Positions 54,931 through 64,000 of a stretch of 64,000 nucleotides of DNA are shown one piece after another. The position numbers were made by a program, and so were the translations under genes. Under the pieces are notes generated by a model. That model did not search any database. It was not told the DNA's origin and saw only the letters and a program-made list of their open reading frames with translations. Position 1 is the stretch's first letter, and each line of letters begins with the position of its first letter. Origin of the DNA: Octopus vulgaris (taxonomy: Eukaryota); the NCBI GenBank assembly GCA_951406725.2, contig OX597824.1, positions 69,874,001-69,938,000 on the forward strand. The letters are read 5' to 3'.

Positions 54931-55450
54931 ATTTTGTTGAATTTTCTGCTGCTTTAAATAAAGCATATTACTCTACCACTGGTATTTGAGTACTCTTTTT
55001 TCCACCTTGTTTCACATTTATGTGTTTAGTCCGGTATATATAAATATATATAAAGATAGAGAGAGTGTGTGTGTGAGTGAGTGAGTAAGTGAGTGAGTGA
55101 GAGAGAGAGAGAGAATCAGTGAGAGAGGGAGAATACCTACATGCAAAAACATAAACGTATAAAAGTAAGTGTATATATATATATATATATAAATGAATTT
55201 ATATGTATGTCCATATGCATATAACTATAGATGCGTATGTATAAATGTATATATGTATGTGAGCATGTGTGAGGGTGAAAGTGTGTGTGTCTATGTGCAT
55301 ATATCAGAGTCTACGTAAGCGAACGTGGATACGTGTGTGTACACGTGTGCGCATGTAATTGTCTCTAATAAAAAAAAAAGCATGTCTGCGTTTCTATCTC
55401 GTTAACAGCGTCATACCTACGTAGATAGCCATCGCTAAAGTAATAGACTT

Positions 55451-55495
<45 letters not shown>

Positions 55496-55624
55496 CCGGG
55501 TTGATACGATCAAATAAAACTCATCAAGGAAGTGCTACAGCATGGCCGCGATTTTATGACTGAACAGGTAAAGTTTGTCTACATGAGTGTGTGTATAAAT
55601 ATCCGTATGCTGTATGTATGTATG

Positions 55625-55658
<34 letters not shown>

Positions 55659-56772
55659 CATATATATAAGCATATATATAAGCATATATATATATATATA
55701 TAAGCATATATATATTCATACATGTACATACATATACATACATACATACATACATACATACATACATACATACATACATACATACATACATACATACATA
55801 GGGAGATTGATTGATAGCTATGTGTGTTATTTGTGTATACACACACACTCACGTGTATATATATATATAATTATGGATATAGGTATGTATATGTATGTAT
55901 ATATGTATGTATGTATGCATGCATGTATGTATGCATGTATGTATGTATGCATGTATGTTTGTATGTATGTATGTATGTATGTATGCATGTATGTATGTAT
56001 GCATGTATGTATGCATGTATGTATGTATGTATGCATGTATGTATGTATGTATGAATGTGTGTATGTATGTATGTATGTATGTATGTATGTATGCATGCAT
56101 GTATGTATGTATGTATGAATGTGTGTATGTATGTATGTGTTTGTTGAAGTACGTATATATGTCCGTGTGTGTGTGTATGTTTGTGTGTGCGTGCGTGTGG
56201 GTGTGGGCTTTGTCCGTGCGTGCGTGTGTGTGTAAGTATGTATGTATGTCGATGATGTGTTCTCGTCTCTATAATTGTATGTTATGTATTTATGAATGCA
56301 TGGCTTCCCTTTTATTTTTATCATCACTCTTTCCTGTTCAGTATGACGATATAACGTATATGTATATGTGTGTGAGAAGAAAGAGAGGGCGAGAGACTAA
56401 GACAGAGCGAGAGAGGAGGAGGGGGAGTTGTAGATATAGGAGTTCGCGTATGCGCATGAATGTCAGAGTATATTTGTTGCCTATATATTCGTTTTTTGTT
56501 TACTATTCATCATTTTCTCTCTCCTCCCTTTCCCCCTCTCTCTCTCTCTCTCACTGTCTGCATGTTTTACTGTTTCCTCTCAAATACGTTTTTCTCTTTG
56601 CATGTATGTCTTTCTCCTGCTCCCTCCCTCTCTTTCTCTCTTTTCCTCTTGGCATTTATACAAATGCTTGCCTCCGCCTCTCTGTCTCATTTTAGTATCT
56701 CTTTCTCTGTCTTTCTCTTTACTATCTTAAATATCTCATTTTACTCTCTCTCTCTCTCTCTCTCTCCCTTTC

Positions 56773-56852
<80 letters not shown>

Positions 56853-56880
56853 AAGGTTCAGAAAAATTATATTACATACA

Positions 56881-56974
<94 letters not shown>

Positions 56975-57382
56975 CCTCTCTTTCTCTCATCTAGTCTCCT
57001 ACAAACTTCTAAAATAACGTCGCCGTCCATTTTCTCACGCATGCGTACACAACATGTAAAAAATAAAACAATTAACAGCAGTCAAAAATGAAGTCATTGA
57101 GCAGACGACATTATCCCCCATACAGAAGATGGATGATATGAAAGCCGTCTGGCGTCGGAGCATTAAAAACCTGCTAGTAACGTTACAGGCGACCACAACT
57201 ACAAACCAATGAAATCCTATACTTCTTATAAACCCTATTATCTTCACATTTCACTCATTGTTCCAGCCTCTTTCACTTTTCTCTGCATTTTCTCCTCATA
57301 TATATATGTATGTGTGTGAGTGTGTATATGTATATTTGTATATATATATATGTATATATGTATGTATGTATCTATATATACA

Positions 57383-57680
57383 TGGTTCTGGGTTCTGTCC
57401 CAATGCGTAGCACCTTGGGCAAGTGTCTTCTACTATAACTTCGGGCCGGCCAAATCATTGTGAATTGATTGGTAGACGGAAACTGAAAGAAACCCATTGT
57501 ATGTGTGTGTGTGTGTGTGTGTGTATGTGTGTGTGTGCGTGTGTGCGTGTGAGTGCATTTGCGCCTCTTTAGTGTGTTTAGGTCTCCGTACTTAGTGGTT
57601 CGATTAAACAGACTGATAGAATAAGTACTACACTTACAAAGATTTCTGCGACTAGAGGCGGTGATCCAGCTTGGCCGCGG
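57383..57680 (+). mobile_element. SINE family B, diverged
   Basis: caccttgggcaagtgtcttctactata..gtagacggaaactgaaaga, (TG)n, tail remnant. Confidence 0.8.
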
Positions 57681-57945
57681 TTGATATATATAAATCCATA
57701 TATATGTATAGGTGTATGTATATATATATTATTTATGTATGTATGTATATACATATATATGTGTGTGCGTACGTGTGTGTATGTGTGTACTTCTGTGTGT
57801 GTATGTGTGTGTGTGAGTGCATGTTTTGTATATCTGCATATCCGTGTGTATATATAAATATGTATATTAATTACTCTCTCCTCTCTTTCCACCCTAATCT
57901 TACTCGCTTTGTCTCTATCTAGCTTGCTATCTATCATCTATCTAC

Positions 57946-58009
<64 letters not shown>

Positions 58010-58171
58010 TTATCTATCTACTTAGCTGTCTGTCTATTTGTCTATCTGTCTACCTATCTATCTATCTGTCTCTCTCTCTCTCTATATATATATATATCCC
58101 TCTGTCGATCTATCTTTCTATCTCTACCTATCTATCTCCTTATCTATCTATCTCTCTATCTACCTATCTAT

Positions 58172-58228
<57 letters not shown>

Positions 58229-58950
58229 CATATATATATATCAGAGGGATGACCACTAAGTGGACATCCAGCATAATGGATCTATCTAACTATCTATCTA
58301 TATATCTATTTATCTATCTATCTTTCTATCTATCTAATCCATTTATCTATCTTTCTGCTTATTTTTTTTCCATAGATTGTTACCACATTCTCCGCTTTTT
58401 CCAAGCATTTCTACCACCTATCACTTCCAACCCATCCCCCCACATCTACCTCTCTTTCCCCTCTTTCTCTCTTCCCGTCTCTCTCTCTCTCTCTCTCTCC
58501 TCTCTCTCTTCTCCACCTGTCTCTGTTCATCTATATACTACCATCATTCAACTTTCCTATTCTTTCATTCACCCACTTTAATATCCACTCTCACTATCTG
58601 CTACTCACCCAGCTTTTTCACTCTTACTCTCCCTCTCTCTCTCCCTCACTGTCTCTCTCTGTCTCTGTCACACACGCACACACACAAACACATACACATA
58701 CTCAGACATACCTAAGGATTTTTAATAGCGCAGCAACAGTAGAGTTCTTACGTAAAATGTTTCGTCCACTTCCTTGTTGTCCAGTTTCGCCCTTTATGGC
58801 ACTTTTCCTTCCCAGGATTCTAACATCGACTTTCACCATTGCATTCCACCCCCCATGTCTTTCATGTCTATACATTCACATACACGCATACTCACATACA
58901 TACGTACATGCACACAGATGCATACATACATAATTATATATGCACTCTTT

Positions 58951-59003
<53 letters not shown>

Positions 59004-59059
59004 TTGTACACCACCTGTTTTCGTCTTTTGTTTTTTTCGTAAACTATCCCTATATATAA

Positions 59060-59133
<74 letters not shown>

Positions 59134-59218
59134 ATATACAAAAATGTATATATATAGTTATGTATATATACGTACGTGAATATGTACATATACTTATACA
59201 AGTGTGTGTGTGTGTGTG

Positions 59219-59270
<52 letters not shown>

Positions 59271-59349
59271 TTGTTGTTCCCTCACCTGTCTACTTCTTTT
59301 GTTTTGTGTAAATTTCAACTATACATACACATACATATATTCATGTATA

Positions 59350-59381
<32 letters not shown>

Positions 59382-59436
59382 CATACACACACATTTATAT
59401 ATATACATATATATATTTACACACACACACACACAA

Positions 59437-59470
<34 letters not shown>

Positions 59471-59557
59471 CACATATACATATATACACATACACGTATA
59501 CACATATGTATACGCCCATATATACACACACACATATATATACACACACACACACGC

Positions 59558-59600
<43 letters not shown>

Positions 59601-60224
59601 CGTATGTATGTGTACGTGTATGGTGGGGCGTGCGTGTGTGCGTGCGTACATGTATGTCAGAGTGTGAATCCGCCTTCGGCTTCAATAACCGTTTCAATGC
59701 AGGACCGGAATCGTTGACATGCCTGTACTAAATTCTCTTTCTTCACATCATACATCATCTGGACAATGGCGGCCTTCACTGAACCTATGGCAGTGTATTG
59801 AGAGGATGTCGATTAGTTTCTGTCTTCAATAACGCCACGAACGTAGCAGTAGATGGGATTTAAATTCGACGAGCTTAAAGAACATACATTTATTGTTACA
59901 TGATCGTAAAGATTTTCTAACATTCGTTCTTGGAGTTACTTTGGCTTTCTGTGAAGTATCTGAATCATGATAAAGCTTGTACAGCCTTGTACTGCGTACT
60001 TCATCCATCAAGGATTAAGCAAATGTCTCCAGCACACCAATTAACTTTAAAACCCTGTGGAATCAGGTGAGGTTGCATGACATGACCATCGTCACTCGTC
60101 ACTCGTCACTCGTCACTCCTAACACTTTTAGTATGCATCACTCTGAGGACATCAGAAACATCAGGACATAATAAACTGTCATTTCTCATTTTAGATTTTG
60201 GGGCTTCGTCGAAGTATTTTTTGG

Positions 60225-60376
60225 ATGTGTGGCAAGTAGCTTGCTTACCAACCACATGGTTCCGGCTTCAGTCCCACTGCGTGGCAACTTGGCCAAGTGT
60301 CTTCTACTATAGCCTCGGACCGATCAAATCCTTGTGAGTGGATTTGGTAGACGGAAACTAAAAGAAGCCCGTCGTA

Positions 60377-60424
<48 letters not shown>

Positions 60425-60544
60425 TGTGTTTGTATACGTTTGTGTGTCTGTGTTTGTCTCCCCAACATCGCTTGACAACCGATGCTGGTGTGTTTACGTC
60501 CCCCTTACTTGGCGGTTATATATATATATACGACGAAGCCCGTC

Positions 60545-60596
<52 letters not shown>

Positions 60597-60708
60597 CCTG
60601 CTCGCTTAGCCAGCGGGGTGGCGTCACTTGAAGGCTAAAACAATGCGAAGCGCATTGTGACCAGCGATGTAGCAACATCTGATAGCCTGGTCGGTCACGG
60701 TGACCACG

Positions 60709-60769
<61 letters not shown>

Positions 60770-60990
60770 GTATGTGTGCGTATATGTTTGTGTGTCTGTG
60801 TTCGTCACCCCAACATCGCATGACAACCGATGCTGGTGTGTTTACGTCCCCGTAAACTTAGCGGTTCGGCAAAAGAGACTGATAGAATAAGTACTAGGCT
60901 TACAAAGAATAAGTCCTGGGATCGATTTGCTCGACTAAAGGCGGTGCTCCAGCATGACCGCAGTCAAATGACTGAAACAAGTAAAAACGT
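60225..60990 (+). mobile_element. Rearranged or nested SINE family B copies
   Basis: Head and core at 60225-60375, tails at 60440-60510 and 60780-60990; a foreign cassette at 60593-60712 lies in the (TA)n. Confidence 0.8.
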
Positions 60991-61066
60991 AAAATAATGC
61001 TAGATTCGCGAGGGGATGGGTCGGTTAACCTTAAGTAAACGCTTCGCATGAATCTAATGCTGTTTT

Positions 61067-61127
<61 letters not shown>

Positions 61128-61679
61128 CGTGTGTGTGTTTTGTTAGAATCCTCTTCAAGGAATGTCCGGAGAAACTATGCAAGTGTGGCAGGAAAAATAA
61201 AGATCACGACCATACATTTTCGAAAAATCCTTATTGAGAATGGCTATCCAAAGTCTCCAAGCGCCATGGTATCACCAGACCATCAAAAAAAGAAAAAAAA
61301 AAAAAAGAAAAAAACACCCTGGGGTAACGCGCTTTTTGAAACTTCTACATTTTGACGAACTGACAACTGCTGCAAAACGCCGAGTGATCCTTTAGAATGG
61401 ATTCAATACACGTTGGTGGATGCATGGATGCGGCTGCACGAGCGGTTGCGATGACGACAAGGCTAATGGTGATATTGACGACGACGACGGCGACGACGAA
61501 GGGAAGTGATGAAAGTGATAATGACATTAGGGTTGATATTAATGGTGGTGATAGTGGTGGTGGTGGTGGTGGTGGTTGTGATGATTATATCGACGACGAA
61601 GGGAAGATGGTGACGATGACGACGATCAGAAGGATGACAACGAAGCTACTTACCACACAGCCCACACTTTTATTCTGTT

Positions 61680-61900
61680 ACTTTGTTTCAGTCATTTGAC
61701 TGCGGCCATACTGGAGCATCGCCTTTAGTCGAACAAATCGACCCCCCAGGACTTAGTCTTTGTAAGCCTAGTACTTATTCTATCGATCTCTTTTGCCAAA
61801 CTGTTAAGTTATGGGGACGTAAACACACCAACATCGGTTGTCAAGCGATGGTGTGGGGACAAACACAGGCATACAAACATATATATACACACATTCACGT

Positions 61901-61956
<56 letters not shown>

Positions 61957-62340
61957 GAAGGGCTTCTTCCAGTTTCCGTCTACCAGATCCACTCACAAAG
62001 CTTTGTTCGGCCCGAGGCTATAGCAGAAGACACTTGCCCAAGGTAAGGTTCCACGCAGTGGAACTGAACCCGGAACAATGTGGTTGGTAAGCAAGCTACT
62101 TACCACACAACCTCTCCTGTGTGTGTGAGTGTCTTTCTGTTTGCTTGTCTCCAATCGCCGCTTGAGAACCGGTGTTGGTGTGTTTGTGTTCCCGTAGCTT
62201 AGCGGTTTAACAAAACGGACCGATAGAATAAGTACTAGGCTTAAGAAATAATAAGTCCTAGTGTTGATTTGTTCGACAAAAGAAAATTGAAGGCTGTGCC
62301 CCAGCATGGCCGCAGTCTAATGACTGAAACAAGTAAAATG
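61680..62340. mobile_element. SINE family B: full copy on minus (61680-62120) and tail on plus (62150-62340)
   Basis: Homology to 38453-38870 in both orientations. Confidence 0.82.
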
Positions 62341-62546
62341 TAAATATCTATCCATTCATGCATTCTTATACCCAGCCTCCCAGCCAGCCAGTCAACCATT
62401 CGTCTCTCCATCTAAACCATCCGTCCGTTCATTTAGTCATCCATACATTCCGACATCCGTCCATACATCCAAATGTCTGCCCTGCCCAATTATCGTAGCT
62501 TAGCCAATGCAGTCAACGAAACTCTTTGTGGAAATGAAAGATAGAA

Positions 62547-62589
<43 letters not shown>

Positions 62590-62770
62590 GGGATCGTGAA
62601 AGAGAGAGATTGGGGAATAGAAGGGAGAGGAACAGGGAAAGAGAGAGTAAAGGAGTTAAGTTAAATAAAGAGAAAGACACAGAGACACAATGCGATAGAG
62701 GGAAAGAGAGAGTGAGAGAGAAAGAGAGGGAGAGAGAGATCAGAAATGAAATAAATGACAAGAGATCAAG

Positions 62771-62827
<57 letters not shown>

Positions 62828-62831
62828 ATAG

Positions 62832-62862
<31 letters not shown>

Positions 62863-63488
62863 CAAACATATATATATACATACATATATATATATATACA
62901 TACATATATATATATATATATATACATACATATATATACAAACATACATATATATACAAACATATATATATATACAAACATATATATATATACAAACATA
63001 TATATATACATACATATATATATATAGAGAGAGAGAGGGGGAGGGTGAGAGAGACAAGGGGCAGGGATAAAGAGCGGTAGAGTGGGAAGAGGGATGAGGT
63101 GGTGTACCAAGAGGAGGCGACAATCTAAAGCTAAAGCTAAAAACAAGCTCATCTATTAAAGTAAAACTCTACTGTTTCTTGTCTTTGCGCTTTGCTATTC
63201 ATGGTGTATGTTTATTGTATGTTGTACGTTTGTTGTTGCTGTTGTTGTTATGCTAGTGGTGGTGGTGATGGTGGTAGTGGTGGTGGGGACAAGTGTGGGG
63301 GGGACGGTGGTGGCCGCTGCATTCATTCGTTATTGATAAAATAATGATGAGGCTTTATGTGAAAGAGCGGGCAATATTTTTAATTCACTTAAGTCATCAT
63401 TAAGGAAAGTGGTATGGTGCTAACATAGTTCTGTCTTTGTATCGCGATAACTCATTCTCGCTCCACCTATCTCTGTCTCTTTCTTTCC

Positions 63489-63548
<60 letters not shown>

Positions 63549-63591
63549 ATATATATGTGTGTGTGTGTGGGTGTACACATATTTCTGTCTT

Positions 63592-63622
<31 letters not shown>

Positions 63623-63711
63623 TGCTTTGTCATATTCTGTCGTTGCTGCATGTTTTTGTCTTAGCATGTTTGCCTGTCTGTGCACATCGGTTTCTTCATA
63701 CACGTGTGCGC

Positions 63712-63758
<47 letters not shown>

Positions 63759-63868
63759 AGTGCGTGTGTATATTTCATTTCCCTATCTCTCCCATGCACG
63801 CTCTCTCTTCCTCTGTGTCTCTTTCCCATCCTCTTTCTCTCTCTCTCTCTCTCTCTCTCCCTCTCTCG

Positions 63869-63900
<32 letters not shown>

Positions 63901-64000
63901 ATCAATCAAAGAATCTATCTAGCTATCTAATTATCACTCTATATCTATCAATCTATCTATCTGTCTATCAACCAATCTATCTATCTATCTATCTATCTAT

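Noticed and set aside
61071-61355. Possible exon after a (TG)n..TTAG acceptor
   Set aside because: No recognisable product in any frame, and it contains a poly-A run.

Overview
Gene-poor, AT-rich eukaryotic DNA dominated by microsatellites and decayed transposable elements. The SINE families and microsatellite density point to an octopus-like cephalopod genome (inference). No host protein-coding gene can be supported; almost all ORFs in the track are translations of simple repeats. Recognisable content: R4/Dong-type RLE LINE fragments stacked in (TAA)n, CR1-group and L1/Tx1-like LINE relics, a Penelope-like (PLE) reverse-transcriptase relic, Tc1 and mariner relics (including a fused mariner/Tc1), hAT and Tc1-type MITEs, and three tRNA-derived SINE families. 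The most notable signal is a set of short non-coding elements carrying minimal type-I hammerhead ribozyme (HHR) motifs (CUGAnGA-stem II-GAAA-palindromic helix III). About ten motif copies from several sequence families occur, repeatedly arranged as head-to-head inverted pairs. The best one (21637-22017) has two intact cores and sits between a 12-bp target-site duplication, so it appears to have moved as a unit. All structures were read by eye, not computed.
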